Sequence record: MW812342.1
Length of the DNA: 64,000 nt
Direction: 5' to 3' (one strand)
Part shown: piece by piece, positions 24,706 through 34,907 of the stretch
Layout: each line of letters starts with the position of its first letter
How positions within the stretch are numbered: the stretch's first letter is position 1
Program-made: the position numbers and the translations under genes
The notes under the pieces: model-generated
Told to the model about the DNA's origin: nothing
Seen by the model: only the letters and a program-made list of their open reading frames with translations
Databases searched by the model: none

Positions 24706-25858
24706 ATCCTCGGTGGCCCGTGCCATTGAGAAGATTTACAACGTCCCACCGAAACCACTGGATGTGAAACGCATTTTGGCGTTGAGTGATTTGCACCTGT
24801 TGCATAAGCGGGTGCCGACATGGCACTTGGTTAACGTAACCAAAACACTCATCCTGAAAGCCGGAAATACCCTCGATGCCATTTATATAGCAGGCGACCT
24901 CTTTGAGGATTCGCGACAACTCCGTCAGACAGACTCACAAGAAGCAATGGGGTTCCTGTCGTGGTTGTTACAACACTGTAAGGCGAATGATATCGCCTTG
25001 CGTGTTGTCGAGGGTACACCGTCACATGACCATGGCCAATCAAAGGTCATCGTGGAGTTGAACGAAGCCATTGGCGCAGATGCGCTGTATTTAGATGGCA
25101 TCGGTATCTTCTACGACCCGGCGATTCAGGCCACTGTGGGTTGGGTGCAGGACGAGTACAAAGACCGTATTGCAGCGAACACCGAAGCTGAGATGGCGGA
25201 ACTGATGGCAACGCGTGGATTGGAGAAGGTTGATTTCTTCTTCATGCACGGCTGCTTTACATTCCAGCTACCGGTGGAATCTCCCCGTTCGTTCAATGAA
25301 AGTTTTTGGATTCCACGAACGCGTCTCGGTATCTATATCGGACACGACCATCGTGAGAAGATTCACGACCTGATACGCGTCACCGGAAGCGTTGACAGGT
25401 TGTCACAAGGTGAGGAAGAAGATAAAGGGATGACCCTTATCGATTTCACACCGACTTTAGCAAGGAACTATTTCCTTGTGAACACAGAAGCCTGCCCGCA
25501 GCGCTCTGTGTCAGCAAGCTTAGACCATGAGGCGCAGTACGCCAAGTGTCTGGCTGCGTTGGAGTATATCGATACCCACGTCTCATCGGCAATTGGCCGG
25601 TTTAAAGTGGAATACTATCGAGACTCTCCTATCGAGGAGCACATCAACCGCTGGAAGCGTGAGTACCCATTCCACATTGAGGGAGTGCGTATTAACACCG
25701 ACGAGGAAGAGAAGGCACTCGAAGCTGTGTTCTCCACAGAAACAGTTGCGGATGAACGCATCGGCCCCGACAATGTTGAGGCCGTGATGTTGAGCGGACT
25801 CGAAGGTCAGCATTATGACTTAGAGGTTGTATCCGACGTCATTAGGAGCATTGCATGA
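24683..25858 (+). CDS. Mre11/SbcD-like metallophosphoesterase nuclease
   Basis: LSDLH, AGDLF, GTPSHD, MHG and GHDH phosphoesterase motifs. Confidence 0.88.
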   Translation: MKMVKTSKSSVARAIEKIYNVPPKPLDVKRILALSDLHLLHKRVPTWHLVNVTKTLILKAGNTLDAIYIAGDLFEDSRQLRQTDSQEAMGFLSWLLQHCKANDIALRVVEGTPSHDHGQSKVIVELNEAIGADALYLDGIGIFYDPAIQATVGWVQDEYKDRIAANTEAEMAELMATRGLEKVDFFFMHGCFTFQLPVESPRSFNESFWIPRTRLGIYIGHDHREKIHDLIRVTGSVDRLSQGEEEDKGMTLIDFTPTLARNYFLVNTEACPQRSVSASLDHEAQYAKCLAALEYIDTHVSSAIGRFKVEYYRDSPIEEHINRWKREYPFHIEGVRINTDEEEKALEAVFSTETVADERIGPDNVEAVMLSGLEGQHYDLEVVSDVIRSIA

Positions 25859-26700
25859 GAACCCCAATAAGCGTTGATCGTGTATTTGGGAACTATCAGA
25901 TGTCAATCGCCACTTCACTGGCGATGGAAGGTTTACTCCATACGGGCGAATATGCCGACTGGAAAGGCAAGCTGCCCATCCATGAGTATCAGGAAATTTA
26001 TCTGAATCTCCGTACGTTGTTCCGTAATGCATTTTACGCATTCGAAGATAATCGTGAAAGATTAACTGCTGACGTTTTAAGAACTTGTGTCGAAGAAGAT
26101 ATAGAACAATTCACTGCCACCGCTGCGGCGGTGGCCCCCACGGTGGTATGTGTCCCTTATATCTGTCTGTACAAATCGGCCAATAAGCAGTTCCCTCTCG
26201 CGAAGTTCCGCAATGCGTTAGGTGGCGACGAAACAATGACCCCGAATCAGGCGTTCTTCAATTCCGTTGAGCAGGATTTGTACCACATGCTCACGAATGA
26301 AGAGACGGGGATGGAAAACCTTCTGGCGTTCGATGTGTTCCCAAAGAACAACAAAGACACCTTGCTGTTAACGCACTACCCAGCTGATCTTGTCCACAAA
26401 GAGCGTTTCCCGAAACTGGGTCTGCTCGAATCCCACAGCGGGAAGGTAAAGAAACAACTGGAGTGGTACACGAAGATGTACAACAAGCCGAAGCAGATAC
26501 CGTTTAACAAAGCGTTTCTGACTCTGTTTGGTGACCAATACATGTTCGCGCCCCAAGACAGAAAGATTCGTAACGTGTTACTGAAAACAGCGGAGAAGTA
26601 CAACTGGGATCAGACCACGTCGATGGATCGTATTTATAACTGCCTGAAGTTGGTCAACGAACCGCACGTCATTGATTACCTGCGCAAATTGAGCCACTAA
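25855..26700 (+). CDS. conserved protein, possibly divergent PIN/FEN (T4 RNase H-like) fold
   Basis: 281 aa; IYLNLRTLFRN and LLLTHYPADL loosely echo 5'-nuclease motifs (inference). Confidence 0.55.
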   Translation: MRTPISVDRVFGNYQMSIATSLAMEGLLHTGEYADWKGKLPIHEYQEIYLNLRTLFRNAFYAFEDNRERLTADVLRTCVEEDIEQFTATAAAVAPTVVCVPYICLYKSANKQFPLAKFRNALGGDETMTPNQAFFNSVEQDLYHMLTNEETGMENLLAFDVFPKNNKDTLLLTHYPADLVHKERFPKLGLLESHSGKVKKQLEWYTKMYNKPKQIPFNKAFLTLFGDQYMFAPQDRKIRNVLLKTAEKYNWDQTTSMDRIYNCLKLVNEPHVIDYLRKLSH

Positions 26701-26747
26701 CTTTTTACACCACCGGGGTATCCTTTGAGGATACCCAAACATTTTAA

Positions 26748-27425
26748 TTGAAGGACGCCAACATGGCCATGATCAACAAAGAACTCTTTAACGACAAATG
26801 GTGCTACCCGCAGACCGAGCCTGACAATCAGGGCAACACACGTAAGCTGGGTATCGAGCCGAACTTCTTTAAAGACTCGCCCGATTGCGAAGGTCTGAAG
26901 TTCAGCTACTCGTTCGGTAAAGGCGAAGGCGTTTATTACAACCTCGGCCCGACCATGTGTCAGGTGCTGGTTGATGCTCTGCAAGACATCCTGAAGAAGT
27001 CTGAAAAAGACGTCATCAGTCTGCCGTTCTCTGGCGGTAATAAAGGTACCATCACGCTGTCCGTTGGCCGTGGTGATGATCTGATCCCGTTCATGGCAAT
27101 TGGCGGTGAAATCAACGGTCAACGTCGCACGAAGAAGTTCTTCTTCACCACACCGAAAGGTTACGGTATTGTGCGCAACGGTACACCGGTGTCTGATCTC
27201 GAAAATGCGGAACGTATGTGTCGCGCCTTTATTGGCCGCTTCCATAAGTTCCAAGAGTGGCTGGATGACAGCTACAAGAAACGCGAATGGAATCAGAATG
27301 GCGGCGGTCGTCAGGGTAGCGGTGGTTACAATCGTCAAGGCGGTGGTAACAACAATGGCTATCAAGGTGGCGGTAACCAGCAGTCTGCTCCGGCAGCAAC
27401 GGACAATTTTGACGACTACGTTTAA
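26748..27425 (+). CDS. chmC: probable ChmC-like nucleus-associated single-stranded nucleic acid/RNA-binding protein
   Basis: Globular N-domain plus G/N/Q-rich disordered tail ending DNFDDYV; immediately upstream of the gp68-like and PicA-like genes. Confidence 0.65.
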   Translation: MKDANMAMINKELFNDKWCYPQTEPDNQGNTRKLGIEPNFFKDSPDCEGLKFSYSFGKGEGVYYNLGPTMCQVLVDALQDILKKSEKDVISLPFSGGNKGTITLSVGRGDDLIPFMAIGGEINGQRRTKKFFFTTPKGYGIVRNGTPVSDLENAERMCRAFIGRFHKFQEWLDDSYKKREWNQNGGGRQGSGGYNRQGGGNNNGYQGGGNQQSAPAATDNFDDYV

Positions 27426-27544
27426 CTAAAATAATGCCCACGGGACAACCCGTGGGCTTAGGACGATTATGTGTTCCGGTTGCATTCGATTCCTTTTTAG
27501 ATAGATTTTATCGTCGTGCTAATAACAATCGGGGTTTCGCGATA

Positions 27545-29170
27545 ATGAAAATTGTAAAGAACAAAGAGATTATTACTATCAGCCACAATGGGGAGGAAGT
27601 ACGGTTTGACCAGATTCCGACCCAGCGTAAACGGCAGGGTCCCGAGCCGCGTGATAGTAAGGGTGTCGTGTTAACAGCAGACCGTTTGCTGTTCAGTGAA
27701 CTGAATCGTTATTGGGGTACGCTGACTGCGGCGGAACAAGACGAGCTGTTCGGGGCTTATACGTTGTTGTCGGAATTGGCAGTAGAAGGCGATGAGGTTA
27801 TAAGCGAGCATGCACCGAAGGTCATGGAAATCATCGCGAAACACCACAAAGCCGAACGTTTCAGAGAGCTGTATCCGCTGAAGAACGTGTTCATCCCGCA
27901 GAAGCTGCATGCGTCGATTGCAGACATGTCGCCGAACTACACGGAGTCCATGACGTACTTTGTCCCGGACTATTATCACCTGATGATTTTGACGTTGTTA
28001 ATCAAACCGTTTATTCCGGTGTTTGCGGTGCTTGGGGCCTACGTGGCAGGTAAGGGTATCTCGCAGGAAGCTAAGCGTAAGGTTGTGTACAAAATCAACC
28101 TCGCGTTCGACCTGCTGTCCGATACCGAAATCCGTCAGTCCGAAGCCGTTCAGAAGCTGGAGTTGTTCTTACCGAGTCTGGTAGAGAAGTTCCAGAAAGA
28201 GATGAGTAACCGTGGCTCAGGTACCAGCCTGTCAATCCTGTCATCCGTTATGGGTTACGGGTCTGACATGATGGATGAATACCTGTTGTCGTTGACGATT
28301 GTTCGTCTACTGGCATTGCGTCCATGCTATTGCGATTTCCCAGACGGGTCACTGGAAGACAGTTCTATCGTCTCCAGCATCTATTTCGGTATTCGCACCG
28401 AAGTGGAATCCGGCTTTGCAAACCGCATCGCAGGCCAGCAGGTTATCCTGAAACAACATCCGACTGCCGTGGTGTTTAATGGGGAAAAGGGGAAGGTCAG
28501 TGCCATCGACTTAGTACAAGGTCGTAGCCCTGCACCAATAAAGGAATACGTGCGTCCGGGCATGACGTTTAAAGATTACCGCCGTTTCATCAAAACGTCC
28601 GGTTATGATATTGCGCCTGCCAATGCCAAGTGCCTGATTGATTCCCAAATCGTCAATCACACGGGGCCGACGTACGAACTGCATGAGTGGCTTGCCGCCG
28701 CGGCGCTGCATCGCTTTGCTGACCATCGGTCATTCAAAGATATTGATCCAGACAAATTCCCGTATGGGGTGGGTCTTGCTCAGGCCATTTACCTGTACTA
28801 CGGAATGCCGCAGTTAGCACAACTGCTCAGTTGTGAAATGTTGCCGGGGAACATCAGTGGCTATCCGATCGAACCAATCGACAGCGAACTGAAAATATCT
28901 ACAGATAGATATTATCCACAGGCATACCGTTCACCCCGTAACGAATCACAGGAGAGTATCGTTCGCACATCGTTAGAGTTGTTGGTGCGTAATCACCTGA
29001 ACCCGTATCACTTCCATCTCAAAGCGTCTCCAGAAGCCGCAGAGTTGTTGAAGTGTGAACCGGATATTCCGAACTATCGACCACACGGTCGTATCCTCAC
29101 GCAGTTAACTGAGTTCTTAGCGATTCAAGCTCGCCAGAAAGTCAGTGAAGTAAAATGGTTTAATTCATAA
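27545..29170 (+). CDS. non-virion RNAP promoter-specificity (sigma-like, phiKZ gp68-like) subunit
   Basis: 541 aa between ChmC-like and PicA-like genes; synteny-based; start set at MKIVKNKE. Confidence 0.65.
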   Translation: MKIVKNKEIITISHNGEEVRFDQIPTQRKRQGPEPRDSKGVVLTADRLLFSELNRYWGTLTAAEQDELFGAYTLLSELAVEGDEVISEHAPKVMEIIAKHHKAERFRELYPLKNVFIPQKLHASIADMSPNYTESMTYFVPDYYHLMILTLLIKPFIPVFAVLGAYVAGKGISQEAKRKVVYKINLAFDLLSDTEIRQSEAVQKLELFLPSLVEKFQKEMSNRGSGTSLSILSSVMGYGSDMMDEYLLSLTIVRLLALRPCYCDFPDGSLEDSSIVSSIYFGIRTEVESGFANRIAGQQVILKQHPTAVVFNGEKGKVSAIDLVQGRSPAPIKEYVRPGMTFKDYRRFIKTSGYDIAPANAKCLIDSQIVNHTGPTYELHEWLAAAALHRFADHRSFKDIDPDKFPYGVGLAQAIYLYYGMPQLAQLLSCEMLPGNISGYPIEPIDSELKISTDRYYPQAYRSPRNESQESIVRTSLELLVRNHLNPYHFHLKASPEAAELLKCEPDIPNYRPHGRILTQLTEFLAIQARQKVSEVKWFNS

Positions 29171-29181
29171 GGAGAATCAAG

Positions 29182-30879
29182 ATGTTATTACGCGACTTAC
29201 AGTTATTCCCAGTACGTGAAATCCCACAGCAGTACCGTCGTCGTATCGCGTTCAACGCCACGACCGGTGCACTAGGCGAGTTGTCTGAAATCATCGAAGA
29301 GAATGGCCAATCTGCTTCGGGTACGCAAGCGTACCAAGATTCACTCAGTAACATCGTGGGCTTTGATGGCACGCCGGACGGTTTCGAACGTCCGCTGGTC
29401 AACATCTCCGGCGATGACAAAAAGATTCAACCATTCCAGTACGAAAACCGCGATACTGGTCTGTATAACTTCGTGGCTGTGTTAGTCGCTAACCCGATTA
29501 ACGACACACGCTCTCAGGAGCTGCGTTACATCGTGACCGGTTATACTTCGCAGGCAGAGCAGAGCCTGTTTGGTAACCTGCCGAACGACATGGTGCTGTA
29601 CATCAACGAAATCTACGGGATGCAAACGGTCTATGACCGTACGCCTCTGGGTGAGCGGGTTATCAACCCGAACGGCTTTAAGATGGTGGATAACCTGGTG
29701 CTCTCGCGTGCTCTAGCGACGCAGGGTTATCACGAGTCCAGCATCAACGCCATCACCATCAGCAAAACCGCTGACATGATTAAGAAGATGAACCTCAACC
29801 CGGATGAGAAGTTCATGCCGAATGAGGATGAGATTTATGCACCGACTGCCACAGCAGCACCAACGCTATTGGCAGGTCAGCTCAGCCAACCTGAGAACTT
29901 CGTGACCGCCATCTCAAACTCGTATCTCCGCACCATGGGGATGGACAATGAGTTGACGCAGGTCGAGAGCTTCTTTGAAGGTACTGGCGGCAGTAACGTT
30001 GAGAGTGATCTCAACGCGCTGGGCGTGGTGCGTAACTTCTCGAACTACGACTTGATTAAAGCGTTTCGTCAAGCGCTGACCAACTCACTGGGCAGCTCAG
30101 CAGACGGGTACAACGTTTCGTCAAAAGCGCAGTTCCGTTTGGGTGATCTCAAAGCCGCGGTTGCTAACCCGGATGAAATCGATCGGCAGATTGTGGCCTC
30201 ACTTGATCTCGCCCGCAAACTCGGTCTGGGTGAAATTGAACAGACCGACCAGTGGATTGGCCATAACGGTTACTCCACGATGGGTTCTCTGGTGTCGTAC
30301 GAACTCGCCATGCAGCTGGGTGCGATTCTGTCGCGTAACCTTGTTAGTCGCGTGAGCTTCGACTTCGATAACCGCCACAGCGATTTCTTGACCCCGGCAC
30401 AGTTGACCGTTCACAGTGATTCTATCTACTCACTGAGTGACCGCCAGTTACCGCGCATTCTGGCAGAACGCTTTGAACGTGATCTTCATGCGATGTTCGT
30501 CAAGGTGACCAAGCACAACCATATCCGCTGCGCCATTCGTGTTCATGCCCTGTTGGGTACGGTCACGCGTGTTGAAGTCCTGATGGACGGTGAGACCGCC
30601 AAAGAGTTCTTCACCTATGCATCGTTCATGTCTTCTCGTCTGCACAACGGTAACACCACCAGTCTGGCCTACACAGGTCGTCTGGCGAATGATACCTCGA
30701 AGCTGATGAAGGCCATTGAGACGGGCTATCACGGACACAGCACCGCCAGCAATCGCAGCAATATCATTACCTCCGCACCGTCATCACCAAATGCGTTCCG
30801 CACGGGGAACTCATTGTTAGATGATGATACCCCGGCAGCAGGCATTCGCCTTGGTACCGGCAACAGCCTGTTAGATTAA
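29182..30879 (+). CDS. picA: probable PicA/Imp1 nuclear import factor (phiKZ gp69-like)
   Basis: 565 aa, second gene after ChmC-like and two genes before nvRNAP beta; AAGGAG SD; synteny-based. Confidence 0.6.
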   Translation: MLLRDLQLFPVREIPQQYRRRIAFNATTGALGELSEIIEENGQSASGTQAYQDSLSNIVGFDGTPDGFERPLVNISGDDKKIQPFQYENRDTGLYNFVAVLVANPINDTRSQELRYIVTGYTSQAEQSLFGNLPNDMVLYINEIYGMQTVYDRTPLGERVINPNGFKMVDNLVLSRALATQGYHESSINAITISKTADMIKKMNLNPDEKFMPNEDEIYAPTATAAPTLLAGQLSQPENFVTAISNSYLRTMGMDNELTQVESFFEGTGGSNVESDLNALGVVRNFSNYDLIKAFRQALTNSLGSSADGYNVSSKAQFRLGDLKAAVANPDEIDRQIVASLDLARKLGLGEIEQTDQWIGHNGYSTMGSLVSYELAMQLGAILSRNLVSRVSFDFDNRHSDFLTPAQLTVHSDSIYSLSDRQLPRILAERFERDLHAMFVKVTKHNHIRCAIRVHALLGTVTRVEVLMDGETAKEFFTYASFMSSRLHNGNTTSLAYTGRLANDTSKLMKAIETGYHGHSTASNRSNIITSAPSSPNAFRTGNSLLDDDTPAAGIRLGTGNSLLD

Positions 30880-30888
30880 GGATAAACA

Positions 30889-32256
30889 ATGCACATCATC
30901 AAGTTTTATCAATCCATGTTGGAATCGCTTGGGTTCAATCGTGACGGCGACCTGATGGTCTACGCGGACGACGGCACTCCGGCGTATTTCACCTACAACA
31001 AAGAGAAGCGCCGTCTGGTGCTTCCTACCAATGCCATGATTAAAGCGGGTATGGAAGATGCGAACGGCAAAGAGTGCCACGCCTTCCATCCGCTGTGTGA
31101 ATCCGTACTGACCGGGGAATCGGGCACCATCCGTTTCCTCAAACGTGCGATTCGCATGCGTCTGTGGATGAACAGCTTCGATCTTATCGATGCGATTCTC
31201 GATGCAGCAGCAGAAGGCAAAACCATCAAGCAGGCGTCTTACAAGAAGTTCATGACGGATGTTATCTGTCAGGGCATCAAAGACCCGAAGCTCGATGACA
31301 AGCTGCGTTCGGCTTGGGTTACCCTGCGTAACCACATGATGGAAGTCGAGAACAAGAAGCAAACCAACTTGTTCATCGCCTCCGACATGTCTATCGAAGG
31401 TGTGAAGTATGTCCGCGTGGCAAACTTCAAACACATCTTTGAAGAAGAGTCGTACGACGATACCGCAACCTACTTCGGGGTGAAGCTGCCGCGTAAGCAG
31501 GATAAGGTGATTCTGCATCGTCTGCTGATGACCGTATTCGGTTGGTATCCGAGCATGTGTGGTTCCAATGACAACCGTCCGTATTTCGGCTGTCTGGCAC
31601 GCGGATGGGCACAATGGGTCATGAACTACAACAACGTAGTGAAAGCCCTGCGTGAACACTGTGCGCTGAAACCACTGAGCGATGAGTGGATTGGTCAGCT
31701 GGATGAACTCCAGCAGTACGACAACGTGATTCAAACGCTGCCGTATAACACCGGTTCCTCATCCAAAGACCCGGAGCGTGATACCACTGCGCGTGAGTAT
31801 AGCGTAACACCAACCACCACGAACCGTTCAGTTGAACTGCTGGCTTCTGAGCAGAACAAACCTGAGCAAGGTAGTCTGGAAGCGTTCTTCGACAAAGCCT
31901 TACCGAAGACGGTCAGTTCTACCGGACTGGATATTAGCAGACTGACTCCTGCCCAACAGCGGTCACTGCGTGAGAACGGACACCTCAACGGTACGTCCGA
32001 CCAATCCATCGTGGGTAAATCTCTGTCTGAAGCCATGGGCCAAGCACCACGTAACCCACTGGGCCTGACGTCTGAGATTGATCGTCGTAGCCTGTTATCA
32101 ACCAGCACCGCAAGTGGTTTGTCCAACACCGGCAACTCACTGCTGGATGATGCCCCGCCGCGTCTGGGTGGTCTGGCTGGTGTGAGTGGCGGTTCAACTG
32201 GCCCACGTCTGGGTGGTATCGATCCAACGAAACCGAAAGACGGGTTCCACTGGTAA
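30889..32256 (+). CDS. conserved nucleus-associated protein (phiKZ gp70-like)
   Basis: 455 aa, FHPLCES motif, disordered C-terminal half; synteny. Confidence 0.6.
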   Translation: MHIIKFYQSMLESLGFNRDGDLMVYADDGTPAYFTYNKEKRRLVLPTNAMIKAGMEDANGKECHAFHPLCESVLTGESGTIRFLKRAIRMRLWMNSFDLIDAILDAAAEGKTIKQASYKKFMTDVICQGIKDPKLDDKLRSAWVTLRNHMMEVENKKQTNLFIASDMSIEGVKYVRVANFKHIFEEESYDDTATYFGVKLPRKQDKVILHRLLMTVFGWYPSMCGSNDNRPYFGCLARGWAQWVMNYNNVVKALREHCALKPLSDEWIGQLDELQQYDNVIQTLPYNTGSSSKDPERDTTAREYSVTPTTTNRSVELLASEQNKPEQGSLEAFFDKALPKTVSSTGLDISRLTPAQQRSLRENGHLNGTSDQSIVGKSLSEAMGQAPRNPLGLTSEIDRRSLLSTSTASGLSNTGNSLLDDAPPRLGGLAGVSGGSTGPRLGGIDPTKPKDGFHW

Positions 32257-32261
32257 AAAAA

Positions 32262-32298
32262 ATAAAAGAAGGAAGGGACCGAAGTCCCTTCTTTTTTT
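32262..32298. terminator. bidirectional terminator
   Basis: GAAGGGAC-CGAA-GTCCCTTC with flanking A/T runs. Confidence 0.75.
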
Positions 32299-32299
32299 G

Positions 32300-32623
32300 T
32301 CAGGTGGTGATGGTGTTCAATACGTTCTCCACAACCACCGGCGATGGAATACGTAGCACCGGGTATTTCTCCGGCGTGAAATCCATCGGGTTCGATATCC
32401 CATTAATGAGCATAATGGGGTAAACTTGATTATCCTGAATCTCGGCAAGTTTGCAGTATGCATAGAAGCTATGTATTTCTGGCCAAGCAAACTCTGCCTT
32501 TGTCGGGACATCCGTTGTCTCTGGATGGTTCCGAAAGTATTCAGTGTAGTCTTGCATTAGTTTGCGACGTTGACTATCGAGCGAAGGTATAACTTCACCG
32601 AGAGTGATCGAGCTGATAAGCAT
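32300..32623 (-). CDS. small conserved protein (possibly LysM/tail-X-like)
   Basis: Start MLISS with GGAGA SD; 107 aa; IMLINGISNPMDF...LRIP pattern (inference). Confidence 0.6.
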   Translation of the reverse strand: MLISSITLGEVIPSLDSQRRKLMQDYTEYFRNHPETTDVPTKAEFAWPEIHSFYAYCKLAEIQDNQVYPIMLINGISNPMDFTPEKYPVLRIPSPVVVENVLNTITT

Positions 32624-32650
32624 GGGGTCTCCTTGAAAAGATCTACGAAT

Positions 32651-32665
32651 ATATATTATCTCGGT
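32651..32665 (+). promoter_or_regulatory. putative early promoter of nvRNAP beta gene
   Basis: ATATTATCTCGGTGA. Confidence 0.7.
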
Positions 32666-32693
32666 GAAGTAACCAAGAAGGAGTATTAAAGTA

Positions 32694-34907
32694 ATGAGCA
32701 TGCCCGTACAATTAGTCGGCACCCACGCCGACCGTGAGTATTTGATTCGTAACCAATCGGGTGCGCGTGCATCGATGGTAGGCGGCCATATGAAATCGGC
32801 TGCACCCATTGACCACCCAACCCCGATGTTCCATTTCACGGGTGCGGATTCAAACTACCACGACGTCCTCTTCAATGACATCGTTGAAGATTCAGGTAGC
32901 GTTTGTATCTATAATGATAATGGCACACACAAAAGAGCGGTGTTCACACGCCATGCCCAAATCGGCAGTGGTTCCCCGCTAGAGCATGCAATTTTCTTTC
33001 GTCGTAGTGAAACCAGCCCAGGCATGCTGAATAAGCCTGTCATGGATGTTATTGAAATAAACCACTATACCTCGCACGATAACGTCTTCACTTCGGAGAA
33101 GCGTATCACCGATAAACTTCGGGCGATCTTACGTGGTGAAACCACCGTGTTGGAAAAGGATGAAATCCTGACCGAGATGAACTGTATGATGAACGGGGAA
33201 TTTGTTGACGGCGTTGCGCTGCCAACAGTGACCATGTCGCATCCAGACATTATCGAGGATTCCTACACGATTTCGAAAACCGCCGCCGCGTTAATGCACG
33301 CCTATGGATTCAAAGAAATCTGGACGTCGTTGCGCGAAGACGAGTTCTTGCTGGATACGTACGGCTACGACACACCGAACGGTCGTGTGCCGCAGTATTT
33401 CCCGAACGTGGGACAGGCAATCCGTGATGATGGTTTGGTAATCGCCACGCGTCAATTTGACCCGTTGTACGCGGCTATCAATGCCTCTATCGGTGAGCTA
33501 CAGCATGTCTCGCCACACTTTGACCATTGTGAATACGTTGACGCTGATCCGAAGCACTATGAAAACCCAACGGATGAAAACGGTTCACGGGTGATTGACA
33601 TTCAGGTGTGGCGTGATGACGTTAGCTTTAGCAATGGCAACAACAACATCAAAGCAACCGAAGAGAACAAACGCGTTCTCGACTCGTATGCTGTGGCGTT
33701 GAAAGACTACTACCGCGAAATCGTTCGCTTCTACTTCCTTGTGAAAGATGATGTGGTGTGGTCACCGAAAGCCTGTGAGTTCTTAGAGAAAGCGTTCGCC
33801 TCTGAAACTCACGAAGTGTACCAAGAGTTCCGCGAAGAGATTCGTGGTGTGGTTGAGGCAGCGGTACGCCGTGGTGAATATAAGAAAGACACCATGGAAA
33901 CCAAAATCATCAATCGTATCAACCGTCCGGTGGAACGTTCTCTGCGTGACCCTATCAACACGTACACCATTAAGATTGTGGTGCGCTATCCGATCCCGGT
34001 CACTGTCTCGTCCAAGATTACGGACTTGTCAGGTACGAAAGGTATCGTTGGCGAAGTGAAAGAAGACGAAGACATGCCCATCAACGAATTCGGACAACGT
34101 GTCCATTCCATTCGTTCGATGAACGCCGTGGTTCGTCGCTCAACGTATTCTGCGCTGTTCCACATGTATTGGTCGGCTGCATCTGAACAGCTCAAGATGC
34201 GCTTAAAGCCAATGCTGGATGCAGGCAAGGTGAATGAATCGTGGAATATCCTGATGGATTATCTCGCACGGTACAATCCCGATTGGGCAAACTGTCTGAA
34301 CGTGACGCACGATACCCATCAGAAACGACTGGAACTCTTCAAAGAGATCTACGACTTCACGATTCGTATCTGGCTACCGCATGAACTGGACAATACCCCG
34401 ATCGGTATCACCAAAGCGCTGGGCGAATTTGCACCGAAGAAATCCCGTCTCCAAATCACCAACTACCAAGGTGAGAAGGAGTGGACGAAGAATGAATTCT
34501 ACGTGGGTAATGTCATGACCTTGCGTCTTGACAAAACCGGCCGTGAGTTCTCGTCTATCTCTTCGATGCACACGAACTATCTGGGTTGTATTGACGCATC
34601 AGGACAAGGGCGTGGGTCATACCCCATTAACTACAGTCCGAAGAAGTGGGGTGGTGAAGCAGAACACCGACTGACGGATGGCTACGGCCAAGGGCTGTTC
34701 GATGAAGCGCATAACCGTTCCAACTGCCCAGATGTCCATCGTCAGATTGTTGAAGGGAAGTACGCCTCTGACACCCCAAGTAATCCGGGGGTGCTGGTTG
34801 ACCGTGAACGTTACCCGCTGGGTGAATCGCAAGTGGATAAGATGATCGACAACATACACCGTTGTGAAGGGTTTGTGTTAGTGCGCCCCACTCGGGAGGA
34901 TAATTGA
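32694..34907 (+). CDS. non-virion RNA polymerase beta C-terminal subunit (phiKZ gp71-73-like)
   Basis: SSKITDLSGTKGIV (GDK...GNKG motif), FYVGNVMTLRLDK, GEAE motif. Confidence 0.88.
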   Translation: MSMPVQLVGTHADREYLIRNQSGARASMVGGHMKSAAPIDHPTPMFHFTGADSNYHDVLFNDIVEDSGSVCIYNDNGTHKRAVFTRHAQIGSGSPLEHAIFFRRSETSPGMLNKPVMDVIEINHYTSHDNVFTSEKRITDKLRAILRGETTVLEKDEILTEMNCMMNGEFVDGVALPTVTMSHPDIIEDSYTISKTAAALMHAYGFKEIWTSLREDEFLLDTYGYDTPNGRVPQYFPNVGQAIRDDGLVIATRQFDPLYAAINASIGELQHVSPHFDHCEYVDADPKHYENPTDENGSRVIDIQVWRDDVSFSNGNNNIKATEENKRVLDSYAVALKDYYREIVRFYFLVKDDVVWSPKACEFLEKAFASETHEVYQEFREEIRGVVEAAVRRGEYKKDTMETKIINRINRPVERSLRDPINTYTIKIVVRYPIPVTVSSKITDLSGTKGIVGEVKEDEDMPINEFGQRVHSIRSMNAVVRRSTYSALFHMYWSAASEQLKMRLKPMLDAGKVNESWNILMDYLARYNPDWANCLNVTHDTHQKRLELFKEIYDFTIRIWLPHELDNTPIGITKALGEFAPKKSRLQITNYQGEKEWTKNEFYVGNVMTLRLDKTGREFSSISSMHTNYLGCIDASGQGRGSYPINYSPKKWGGEAEHRLTDGYGQGLFDEAHNRSNCPDVHRQIVEGKYASDTPSNPGVLVDRERYPLGESQVDKMIDNIHRCEGFVLVRPTREDN

